Assembly (NCBI GenBank): GCA_023515725.1
Contig: JALDTO010000155.1
Span: 157,091 to 221,090, forward strand
Reading direction: 5' to 3'
DNA length: 64,000 bases
From: Amoeboaphelidium protococcarum X5
Lineage: Eukaryota > Fungi > Aphelidiomycota
Part shown: positions 26,824 through 38,451 of the stretch, in pieces
Layout: each line of letters opens with the position of its first letter
Position numbering within the stretch: the stretch's first letter is position 1
Translations under genes and position numbers: made by a program
Notes under the pieces: model-generated
What the model was told of the DNA's origin: nothing
The model's input: the letters and a program-made list of their open reading frames with translations, nothing else
Database searches by the model: none

Positions 26824-28494
26824 TCAAAATAGAGTTTTATTAGCAGAGTAGAGAGGATCCCTATCCTGAGATATTGACATGCTCTCGCGATACTTCTTCA
26901 ATGCTGAGCCAATTACATGGGACTGCGGATGTAAAAGCTCATCAAGCGCGTCAATTATAATATCTGCAGTCGGTCTTGCAAATACTTCATGATCCCAACA
27001 CTATTTCGTAAGATCAATCAGTAGTTGAAGCGACTGTCTAGTACTTGCCTGACTCAATACCTTCTCATCAAACTCTGGACGTCCACCAGTCACCACTCTC
27101 TTCTCAATCTCCTCTCTGAACTTCATCTTTCTCCACGCCTTCTTACGATTGATCATCTCATACATTGTCACTGCTAGAGAGTAGATATCAGAAGCTTTCA
27201 GTGCCGCGATTGTGTTGATTATCGCTGACTGTTCCCTTTGGCTCATCGTCTCATCAATCTCCTCGTGTGTTCTACCCTTCTTGAGTCGAATAAATGTCTC
27301 TGGACTTGCATATGGTGCACTAGCACCCTGGATCTTAACCACCTTGAATGCGCGAACAATATTCAAGTGTTTGGCTGAGATAATCTATGATATACCAAAA
27401 TCGGTAACTACAGCTCGGAATCTGCATTTTTACTTTGTATCACCACCTCCTTAACTCACCATAGACTCCCTTCGATCCTCATCAACAGCTGGCATATACT
27501 CAATGAGAACATTGTCCGGCTTGATATCATTATGCACAATATCAGCCTGATGCATAGCTTTAAGAGCAGACGCGATATCGCGTGTCAGATGAGCAATTAA
27601 ATCTGGAGTCCACATAATCTCTTGACCCTTCTGTTTTGACGATTTATCTCCTTGGTCTAGCTCAGCACTCTTCCTGATTGCATTATCATTATTGGCATTG
27701 TTGTCGTTTTTATTATTGCTAGCTTAAGATGTGGCAGGCTTGAAGATGCAAGTTGCAAGTGAGCCAAGTTCGTAGTACTTCATCACGATCACCATCGGAC
27801 TCAGACAGTATCCATACAGACGAGCAGCGTTTGGACAATTCCGAAAGTACCACATCATTGACACCTCCTGACAAAAGGCGGCGACAACTTCATCTGGCAC
27901 TGGCTTACCCGGCTTAGTTATCAATTCCTTGACTATGGCTAATTTAGCAGGTTTACTGGCTTTCATGTCACCCTCCTTGACCAGTGCCTCATTCTACAAC
28001 TCGGCGAGATATACTATACCGGCTCCACCTTTGGTTAGTTGCTTCTACAGTACGTAGTCATTGCTAGGATCAACCTATAAGAACCCGGGTAGGGAGAATT
28101 CTTTATCATCAGGAATCAGAGTGGCCAGAACACTAGAGATCATGGACATCTCAATTGATGTCGCAGCTGCATTAGTTGTTGATCTGGCGTCATTGATTCT
28201 CTACTGATGGCGAGCATTCAATCCCACCGCCTGTCCTTTGCCCTTCTTCATCTTCTAGCCGTCATCATGAAGCCAGATCTCAGGGACAAATAGTCCAAGC
28301 AGCCACTCGGGTAGAAAAGATGAAGGCTAATATCTCTATTAGAGGTAGGCGAAGCACATTAACAATAATTCAAGTGCAATACTGGCACCAATTACTCCAA
28401 TCCAAGTCAACACTGCTGCGTTCGCTTAACCATTACCCGATCGAGTTGTGCCATTGTTCACAATGTCTTCCACTATAGTTGTATTGTTTGACAT
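26824..28494 (-). CDS. receptor-like (TKL-type) protein kinase: short N-glycosylated N-terminus, one TM, non-RD kinase, 556 aa
   Basis: MSNNTT..., TM VLTWIGVIGASIALELLLMCFAYL, SLPGFLQVD, KGGAGIVY, HNDIKPDN, TDFG, YASPE, SDIYSLA, CWDHEVFARP. Confidence 0.88.
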
Positions 28495-28752
28495 TATTTA
28501 ACTTGTACTTAGAATTGATTGTTTTACAATGAATACAGTCGCCTTAGTCGGTGATTATGATGATGCTTATCCAGATGTTGGAAATATAATCTAAGTTGAA
28601 ACAATCCCCAAATAGAGCAGCTTGACAACGGCTGTTCACGCACCTCGATAACATTAGTGGTAGATCCGGCTTTTAATAAAATACAAAAAATGAATGTATC
28701 AAGACAAAATGCGAACAGTGTAAGTAAAATGATTATACAGTTGATTGTGAAA

Positions 28753-29688
28753 TCACATAGTCTTGAGCTCGCTCTGCGATGCTGCATTGTCTAACGCCAG
28801 TAAAGATCCACAACCTTCCAATATACATAGCGAACCGATGGCGAACAGTGCAATGAAATTAACAACCTCCTTCTTATTCTCAAACTGGCCATACACTGCG
28901 ACATTACTGAGCACGCTTAAAGAAACAAAAGTGGCATACAGGACTGGTTAGAACCGAGAAACCCGTACATGAGTAAGAGCATACTGTCGAGACAGTTCTT
29001 GAGAGATGGCCAACGCGATAATTAATGCAATCGCGATTCCAGCAAGATAATGCTTATCCGGTATTAACGCGCTTTCACTATCAGCGAAAGACGATTATTA
29101 TTATGATGATGATGAGTGTTGCAAAACGATAGTAAGCGCTTTACTGCAGAGGAGGCCGCTCGTGCCAAACAGCGCAGTTGTCGTGACACAATTGGTAATG
29201 TCGCGCAATCTAAGCCTATATAGTCTATATGCTTATATCAAAGCCACAATAACAAACAGTGCCAGAATTTGTATGAATCTCCCACCAGACAGAAGATCCT
29301 CTAATGTTTCAACTTATTAACTGGGAACTCCCAACATTATGGAAAGCACGCCAAATGCAATCCAAACATAAGCGTAGATGGCACCAGTTTCCAACTTTTC
29401 ATTCAGCATTCTATCGGCAGAAATAGCATTTACCACCACATTAATAATACCAAGCGGTGTAACAAGTGCTGGCTAACAGTAGGAGATTGCAACGTAGCTG
29501 CCAATAACTTCACCAACATAATTAAGTCCCAGTCCGCTCAACCAGAATTTATTACTGAACCGCGATTGCTACTATTTAAGACTCTCTACCTGCAGAATGC
29601 CATATTTCTACAAAGTTTACGCCATTCCAGTTAAAGCGTTCCCCAAGACGGCGGCTAAGAGCCCGATCACGGTCTTTGGAAATCCCAT
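28753..29688 (-). CDS. NIPA-family magnesium transporter (DMT superfamily), 311 aa
   Basis: IGLLAAVLGNALTGMAQTLQKYG, FWLSGLGLNYVGEVIG, SYCQPALVTPLG; multiple TMs; TGA 28753-28755. Confidence 0.85.
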
Positions 29689-30016
29689 ATTTCAGCAATC
29701 TAGAATTTAATAAGAGCGGTATATTTAGAAGTAATTCAGTTGAGGAAATTCAGTATTAAGTCTTATTTATTCTCGAAGTAGCTTCAGAAAATGTCAGCTA
29801 AAGCGCCCGCAGATTGAAACAATCGCCCTCTCACTTCAATTGATATATTTTCACAACAGACAGTCGAATTACTGAAGTGTCTCGCGCGCATTTCTTTCGT
29901 CAAAACTTTGTCAGTTCTTCTTCATCTTCACCATTGCGTTGAATCTCAGTTGCCTTTACTTAGACTTTGGACTATAAGATAGTAAATATACCCCGTGGAA
30001 GATAAAATTTGTCGAT

Positions 30017-30961
30017 ATGTTTAGCTTTGGATAGCCATAATAGTAATAATAATAGCCATAGTAATAAACAAGTGGATTTGGTGCATTTTCCTTTGGAACT
30101 GCTAATAATCCTCCGCAATCGTAGTAATAGTAATAGTAATAGCCTTAGTAGTAGACTAATTTATTCTCTGGATTTGGCACTGGCTAGCAGTAGAACTAGA
30201 ATTATTAGCAGCAGTAGTAGTAACAATAATAGTAGACGAAGCCTTTGATTAACAGGTACACCAAATTTAATGATCTGCCGTAAGAAGTACAAATCCAATT
30301 AGAGTAGATCAATAAAGTGGTGAATTAGAACAAGCATGACAGTATGAAAGTCTCTACTAGCGAGGTGAGCAAGTAATTGGAAAGATTGAAGGTGAGATAT
30401 GTGAATGAATCGGTGACGAATTCTCTGCTTAGAATGTCATAAACTATTGATGGGTAACTGGACATTGTGAAGGGTCAAATACGCAGCGAATAGCAGCGAT
30501 TGGCAGAGACAGCTGAGATTTCTAATAGAATGCTGGACAGTATACAATAATCGTTATAGTAATCTTCTTAGAATGGATTTGGTAGAAGTGGAACTCATTA
30601 TGCCGATGTTATTCACGAGTATTATATGCGCTTTATTCAGAATGCCAGATAGCAGTTTAATTCTTATAAGCTAGCTTTACAGGATATGAAATTGCAAGTT
30701 GATTAGTTGATGGTGTCATAGGATGGATTTCGCAATGCTAATGGTTCTCTGCAGTCTGTGACGACAACTCCTGAATGTGTCACTTCGATTCTGCAGTAGA
30801 ATTATAATTCTCTATTGCGTCTATCTGCTCAGGCCTCTACTACTCATTAGCAATTGATGTAGTACGCTAACTAGTGGTAAGATTATCAGAAGAATGTCAA
30901 CTCTTCCTCAAGATACAATGCTGAGAATCTGGAAAACATTGAAACTAGCATGAAGATGTGA
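30017..30961 (+). CDS. FG-nucleoporin, Nup49/Nup58-like, 314 aa
   Basis: MFSFG...GFGAFSFG...LFSGFG separated by polyQ in TAA/TAG; TKFNDLPQEVQIQLEQI followed by coiled coils. Confidence 0.7.
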
Positions 30962-31021
30962 ACATTATAACAACATCTATTCTATTTAATCCACATTCGT
31001 TCAATTTAAATTTTCATAAAT

Positions 31022-33105
31022 TCAACTCCATTCTTAGTCCTCAGTGACAACATTTAGCTGCTGCACAGGCTGAATTAGTTCCGCCGTCTCTATGACAGTC
31101 TCTCGATTGACACCGGAGAATGGCGGCTTCACCACTACAGGTCGGCCTGGGGTAGGAGCATCGATATAAGCGACAATTCCTGCTTATTCTATAGTCGTGG
31201 CATCGGCCCAGTCAGAGTTTGTGATTATACATGGCTCATCAGCCTGCTATAAGTATTAGCGGGGCTAATCCTCAAGTACTTACTATGAGTATTATTAGGC
31301 ACCAGCACTTTCATGAGGTTGTTGTTGTTGTTGCTACTCCTAAATTACAACTTCTCCAACACTTTGACTTTGGTAAAAATCTCGCATTACATCCGACAAC
31401 ACTGCAGATGTAGCATCGCCAGGCCTACCATCTACACGCTTCTTCCCATTTTAAGAAGCAATAGGACCATCTACAGCTGATCGTAGCAGTGGCTTGGTTG
31501 GGACAACATTTTCTTCTACATGAGGACCTGTTGCTGGATCATCAGGATTATGCTTGACAATTTCTGTCGGATCTGCCAATGACTTTTGACTCTTCTACAA
31601 CAACGCGCCGCCACTCTTCTTACGCGCAATCTTAGTTGGCTTCTTCATCAATTAATTACCTCCATCTTTCTACGCTCCTTCCGCCTACTCATCCTTCTAT
31701 AAAACTCGACTAGACATTGATTTGGCTGGTGGATGCTTCTTGTCGTTCACTCTAATGGACTTATTGGCGCGAGTCAACTTGTTCACACCAGATTTACCGA
31801 AGCTTCTCTTTCTACAAATGAGGATTGCTCCAGCAATAACCAAAACTATGACTACGAACAGAGCAGCACCCACGGCAATAGCGATGATCTACCACTGCTA
31901 TAACTACGGTTGGCATTGGGACGGAGATATGGTCTTCAGCATCTAAGAGCATTTAACTGAGTCGGACCCGTTTTTGAAGAGATTACCATTGTACACAACT
32001 ATTTATACAGGTCTACATCGATCTTATAAACTTTATCCAAACTAACGAGACTGTTACTGAGTAATCTGCGACGCGTTCAGTGTAGCCAAAGACTGTCTCC
32101 TGCGTATGGCAAAGTTGTATAGTGCCTACTGCGATGCTATAACGCCTCCAACCATGGTGTAGCTATAAGACGCTGGTCTCTCACTCTGCGGCAATGATGA
32201 ATCCTCAGTGGGCAATTGCGGGCAACTCTAGCCTTGAGATGCGCCAAATATATCATTAGATGCCTAAGGCCAAAACACGTCCCAACTCGCCAAGGACGTA
32301 GTGTAATCCGATTCAAATGGAGACAGGTTCATCATGGCATTACCCAGAAGATCATACGGAGCTGCTTGAATAGATATATTGGTCGCAATATCTACTTGAG
32401 AGTTACTTCTCACTAGAGCCGCTTGGAAATAATAAACTAGCGGGTCATTCAAATAATTGGGGATACACGGATCAATTCTGATTACACCGCAATTGACCTC
32501 AATATTGACTGCAAATTCTAGATAAAACTTACCAGCTGATGGAGTTGTTTGGTTAGAGAGGAGGCCCACGCGTAGCTGCAAGCCACTGCTAATCAGATCA
32601 CTCGTGCTTTTCAACGTTTAAAATCTAAAAGCCTTCTTACTGTCATCTTTTAGTATTCGATACTACTACAATCGTATGTAATTGTATGGCTAAACATCAG
32701 AGGATATGTTGCTATTTACTAGCGGCTAGCTTATAGGCTGACCATTGCTGCTGGCATTCATACCAAGGACCATGGGTGGTAGATTACTGTTATTATACGC
32801 AGGATCAGTCTCTCGGGCAATGTATGCAACGGCGTAGACATAGAATTCAGCGAATTGCGAGGTGTTAAGTTGTAATGAATATTCTTATGGAATCTGCGCG
32901 ACGCTTTAAATCTAATATTGTCCCTTATCCGAGAGAATGGCCCCCTCCGGAAGTGTTATAGTCAATGGGTCCACTACAGTATCAATGATGATGAGATGGT
33001 GAAACAACAACTGATCAAATTACCTTTTATCGCCTCACTGTTACAACGTGCAATTAGACAAAGCACAAGAACACTTAGACAAAGCAGGATCTAACTGCCC
33101 ATCAT
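31022..33105 (-). CDS. type I membrane protein of unknown function, about 677 aa; intron 32974-33023
   Basis: Signal peptide, about 370-aa ectodomain, TM IIAIAVGAALFVVIVLVIAGAILIC then RKR, long low-complexity cytoplasmic tail. Confidence 0.75.
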
Positions 33106-33400
33106 ATATTTAACTTTATAGCTTGTTAGATGATTGAGTATAAATATTATACAAAAATTAAGCAAACAATAAAAGCGAAAAGACATTGAAGTCACACCAA
33201 CCACAATGGTTATAAATAGCATCCAACATGCTTGGTCCCTTCAATGATCAATCATCGCGCGCGTGTTGCCTTTTGCTCAACAAAGTTTTCCCTCCTCTCC
33301 TTCAAACAGTTCCGCAGATTCTTATCGCACAGCATCGCATTGTCCCTATCGAGTAATTTGCATCTTTTTAATTGATTTTCAGTTTAAATTGATTGAAATA

Positions 33401-34210
33401 ATGGGAAAGAGAAAGAGTACTAGAGCGCCGGTCAAGAGGTAAAAGTAGACACTGGATAAGACATTCACTTGTCTCTTTTGCAATCATGAAAGTGCTATTG
33501 CTGTGAGGATTGTCAAAGATCAACAGATTGGCACGGTAAACTGTCGAATGTGTGGAGTGAATTGGTCATGTAAGATCACATCACTCGATGAAGCGATTGA
33601 TGTATATGCCAACTGGGTGGATGCGTGTGAAGATGCGCAGTAATAATAGCATCTGCAGTAGCCTATAGAATAGTTTATCAGAGGAGGTGGAGCACCGTCT
33701 GTACCATAAAGGTCTCTCTAATAATAGTATAGCAATGGATCATAGCTTTCTGCAGGTAGAGCATAAGTAAAGTCTTAACAGAAATCAGCTACAAGCTCTG
33801 GCAATAAATAGGAGCTCAAGTTTTAGAACAATAAGCCAGTATAAAAGCGAAGTAGAAGCAACTCTGTGGATTCATTTGTCACCAATGATAGCGACGATGA
33901 TGTAGAGTTTGGTCAAGATGCCGGCGAAGATGGATCGGATAATGATGAGGTTTCCGTTCAAGGTGGCTCCGAAGATGAAGAAGAAGAGGAGGAAGCTGTG
34001 GAAACTGAGGAGGAATCTGAGGGTGACGATAACAATGATCAGGCTATTGCACAAAGTAGAAACTTAGTGTCGTCTAAACTTGCAGACAGGCCTTAGCGGA
34101 ATCTGTCAGATGATGACGATTCAAGGTAGCAATCGGCAGACAATATTCAGCCAGAGTCTTCCAATATTCCAAAGAGACGCGCCATTATCAGCGATGATGA
34201 CGATGATTGA
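33401..34210 (+). CDS. ELF1: transcription elongation factor Elf1 with long Q-rich/acidic C-terminal tail, 269 aa
   Basis: MGKRKS...FTCLFCNHE...CRMCG...IDVYANWVDACE. Confidence 0.92.
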
Positions 34211-34408
34211 ATAAGATTAACATTTGCATTTATTTATGTTGTTCATATTCAGGTTAATCAATTAACATTGTAAAAACAACGAACAGAGCCGTTATCGCCA
34301 CTATCGCGCACATATATATACGCTAGAGTTTAGCGGTTTTCACCAGACTATAGCTGTATGGAACCTCTCAGTAAATAAAAACTGATCACATTATCTTTAG
34401 ATTATAAA

Positions 34409-35641
34409 ATGGGCAATGCAAGACAGAGAAGAAGTATTTCTCTCGTATTTACAATAATTCTAGTAGTTGGGATGCTTGTCACTGGCACTGCGAACACGCT
34501 TTTAAACAAATTCCAGGATAAGCAATGTGTCCGAGATTGTAACAATGGCGACAATAAACCAATCTACTATACCCAACCAGTCTGGCAGACTTTGACTGTA
34601 TTTTTTGGTAATTTTCTGTGCATGCTCGTTTATCTTTTGAATAACGTATGGCCTAAAATATATCAGCAGAAATAATCGGTTCGCAATGATGATGATTTGG
34701 ATTAAGACGCACCTCTGATCAGCACCATCAGTTAAGATGATACTTTTCAAGATCAGTTGTCAGTTAAAGATGATGATTCTGTAAATATTATGCTACGTAA
34801 AGAGCTGACTGGACGCTCATGTTTCTTATTGTGGCTGCCAACGGTATGCGATATAATTGCCACGACTCTGGTCAATGTTGGCTTGCTTGCCGTTGCTGCT
34901 TCAGTCTATTCAATGCTGCGTGGATCTGTTGTCATCTTCACGGGCGCGTTATCATTCCTGATTTTACGAGTCAAATTGCCTCTTAATTGCGTAATTGCTC
35001 TTTTAGCTGTCATGGTTGGTGTTACATTGGTAGGATTGGCTCCATGGTTATTTCAAGATGCTATTGATGACGCATAGACTTAACATCAATCATTTTTGAA
35101 TCCTGCAATTGGAGTCTTGTTCATAATTTGCGCCTAATTATCTGCGGCATTGTAATTTGTTATTGAAGAGAAGATCCTGGTTAACTATTCGGCTCCTCCA
35201 ATAAAGTTGATCGGTCTTGAGGGAACGTTTGGTCTTCTCACTCTACTGCTCCTGATGCCTTTATTCCACGTCACCTTTGGGAAGGACACTGGGGGATATT
35301 TTGATTTGGTAACTGGATACGAATAATTGGTATCTTACCCCAAGATATGGGGCTCTAGCATTGGGTGTGCTGTGTCTGTGGCCTTGTTCAACTGTTTCGG
35401 CCTGAACGTGACGCGTTTCATCTCTGCTACGTCAAGAACGACTATTGATACGTGTAGAACTCTGTTCATCTGGTTAATTAGTCTGGCTCTGTCTTGGGAA
35501 GACTTCATATGGTTGCAAGTCATTGGCTTTGCTCTTATGATCTATGGAACGTTTGTATTTAATGGTGTTATGCCGCTGGTTCCTACAAGTATCACTCGGC
35601 TACTTTGCAGTCGAAGGCAGTTGTCGAAAATTGATTAATGA
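34409..35641 (+). CDS. SLC35F6: SLC35F6-like DMT-superfamily transporter, 410 aa
   Basis: GMLVTGTANTLLNKFQD, LPTVCDIIATTLVNVGL, YSMLRGSVVIFT, SATSRTTIDTCRTLFIW; ends TAA TGA. Confidence 0.85.
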
Positions 35642-35779
35642 AAGTTAACTTATTCTCTATAGTATCTTTAAAATTTAATCTTTATTTTGTTCATTTTAAT
35701 CTGAATTAAGGGACGTCTTAAGTCATAATCAATTGTTGTTCATCTTCATTCATACTTATTTGACGACTATATCATTAAA

Positions 35780-37590
35780 ATGGGCGATAGAATCAGCATA
35801 CCAATTCCTGAAGATCTTCGGTTCGTGCCCAAAGAATTCTTGAAAGAGTGGATAGATGGCGGTTTTATTGAGAGCAAGCAATGTCTTAAAATTTGGGGTC
35901 GAGTGCAGTATCTTGTTTAAGATGAATCTCAAGTTGGTTTGTATTTAGCTGGACCGATGGGCGTTGGGAAAAGCGCGATTATGTATTATGTGGTGCATAA
36001 AGCGCGTCAGCTCGGATGGTTTCTCGTTTATATTCCTCGGTGCGATGACTGGCTGAGTTAAAGCCTTGGGTCTCCAGCAGATTGGTACGCGTATTACTTC
36101 GATGCTGTGCTTGCCGGTCTGCAAAGTACTACTGCTGCAATTTAACAAAAGTACAAGTATTGGTTCCACCCGATAATCACGTCTCATGGGTTGACGCTTT
36201 AATCGACCTTAATCTGTCGCTGGAATATTTTATACGGCTATTTGATTTGTTTTGTGAGAACATTGTAGTGAAACAGGACGTTGAAGTCATTTTGGCTTTT
36301 GATGAAGTACAAGCATTGTTCGGGAATGGGGTGAATATTATTCGTACTTAGAAACCGTTCTCAATAATTGACTGGGGAATGAATTATAAGCGAGGATGTA
36401 TCTTTGTGACGGGCAGTGCTGATTCTCCTTATTGTCTTTAACTTCTATCTGGTCATGAATAGTTTGTCAGTCATGTGTGTGGGCTTACCGATGATGAAGT
36501 CAGGTCTTGGTTTTAAACGCCTCAGTTCGCAAACATAGCTCAGCATCCTACCGTAACTTTAGTTAAGAATTTATTCCCGAGATTCGCTGTATTACTGGAG
36601 ATATTTCACGAGAGTTATTGACTTTGGGTAAAGACTTTGGTGACCTCAAGTCCGGTCTTCGCAACATTATTGAACAGTACTCTGTGTCGCGACGCTCGTT
36701 GTATTTATATCGTTTCTATGAATTTGAAGTCAACCACTTTGAATTAGTTCAGCGTGCGTTAAATTCTGTCGTTAAACTATTTGTGCAAGTGCACGTAAAT
36801 TAAGATGAGTTTGACATTCGATTCTTAGATACTGGTTTAGTATATTTAGAGGGCAGTCGCGTAAAACCACTCAACTCTAATGCGAATAATGTCTTTTTAA
36901 AATTGGTAAAATAGTAGGGCGAAATGCAGTGAAACAATGCAATTCTACGTAAATTAAGAAAGTTGGAAAGTGGCAAAATCAATCAAGTCGGTTTGGTATT
37001 TGAAATACTGTTTGTGCTAAATATTCTATCATCATCTGGCGGGGAATCATTGACATTGAAGTATTAGAATCTTGCTGCTGTTAAAGAGCAAAGATCCGTA
37101 GAAGTTAGACATTTCCTGTCTTCGCCCTCAAATAAACCAAATTGTCTTGGAAATACTACGCGCCAGGTACATTGGTTGCGCATCGTCTAGATTTCGTTTT
37201 CTTTGGAGGTAAAGATTGCGTTATTTTCTTTGAGCTTACTGTTGCTGCTGACCTGTTCAAATTTGAGTATTCGAATCTGAATAATTCTGATAGACTGGAA
37301 TTGATTTTGAATTCAGTTTCAAAGTGGATGGGATGTAAGATGCGAGTGTCTGAGGATAAGCATACCTTGGAGCTTGTGCTGCAAATTCGTGGAAGTTCCG
37401 AAGGCTCTGTTGAGTACATTGTCCATCTCCGCGTACACTATCTGATGGTGAATTGAGTGCGGGACTTTTCAAGAAAGAGGAATTTGCGTGGCTTAAAGTT
37501 ATGGATATAGATTGCCTTAAGGGCATATTCCTAGAGAATCACATTAAAAAGCTTCGCATAGCAATGCGTAAATCATTGCTGAATGAATGA
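35780..37590 (+). pseudogene. decayed P-loop NTPase plus PD-(D/E)xK nuclease gene, Crinkler/RHS-effector-like
   Basis: Walker A GPMGVGKS, Walker B ILAFDEVQ, ITGDISREL, GLVFE, LDFVF..IFFELTV; broken by about four frameshifts (near 36157, 36565, 37140, 37423) and an in-frame TGA at 36930. Confidence 0.65.
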
Positions 37591-37946
37591 ATGAGCAATA
37601 ATACTTATTGTCAACGATGATATAGTTATTGACACCGCAATTAACATTTTCTTAAGCTTTCTATTTTAAATGGGTCATTTACTTCAAAAATGAACATTCA
37701 TAAAACGAATCAGCTTGGATTGAGACAAATCTAAAATCTTTCCGTATGTGGAAGTGAAATACGGCGAGAAACACAGACACGCCGTTTCCCCTTATTCTCT
37801 CTCTCTGTCGTTCTCATTCACTTGGCCGAGTCTGTAAAGGGAAATAGTTATTGCGTTTATCACTGCACCTCCTATTTTATTATTTGTGGTGGCTACTGTA
37901 AGAAATAATCAATTGATTATTTAGGACAATACATTGAGGAGTGGAA

Positions 37947-38362
37947 ATGTCATAATCATTTCTGAAGCTTTTAAATAAAGATTGCCAGTACATCATCAAG
38001 GATGTATGGGCCGAGAACTTGGAGGAGGAAATGAAGAATATTGCCCAGATTGTACAAGACTATCCGTACGTGGCTATGGATACTGAGTTCCCGGGAGTAG
38101 TCGCTCGACCGCTGGGAAATTTCAAGACTGCCCAGGATTATTTGTACCAGACACTGCGATGTAATGTGGACCTTCTTAATCTCATCCAGCTAGGACTTAC
38201 ATTCGCTGATGAGCAGGGCCGGTTGCCGCCGACCGTGTGCACCTGGCAGTTTAATTTTAAATTCAACCTGGCCGAGGATATGTACGCTAATGATAGTATA
38301 GAGCTCCTGCAAAAGAGTGGTATAGACTTTTAGAAATTTTCTGTAGATGGAATTAGCGTAAA
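37947..38362 (+). pseudogene. CAF1: 3'-truncated CAF1/POP2 deadenylase (N-terminal half only)
   Basis: IKDVWAENLEEEM...VAMDTEFPGVVARP...YQTLRCNVDLL...WQFNFKF...SGIDF...DGISV, then homology stops 90 nt before the PMS1 start codon. Confidence 0.85.
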
Positions 38363-38451
38363 AAGGCCGCTGAGTCAATTTGTTTCATCATTATTGCCTG
38401 TTCGTTGTCTTTTTAAATTTACATTTTTGATACTTTAAACAGTAGTAGTAA

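Noticed and set aside
26824-29688. NIPA transporter-kinase fusion
   Set aside because: NIPA ends at TGA 28753-28755 and another in-frame TGA precedes the kinase ATG, so these are two separate genes.
30032-30235. TAA/TAG trinucleotide arrays as non-coding repeats or CRISPR-like arrays
   Set aside because: They are polyQ tracts inside an FG-nucleoporin, and no repeat-spacer structure exists anywhere in the window.
36930-36932. In-frame TGA as selenocysteine or readthrough
   Set aside because: The same gene has several frameshifts, so a TGG-to-TGA nonsense change in a pseudogene is simpler.
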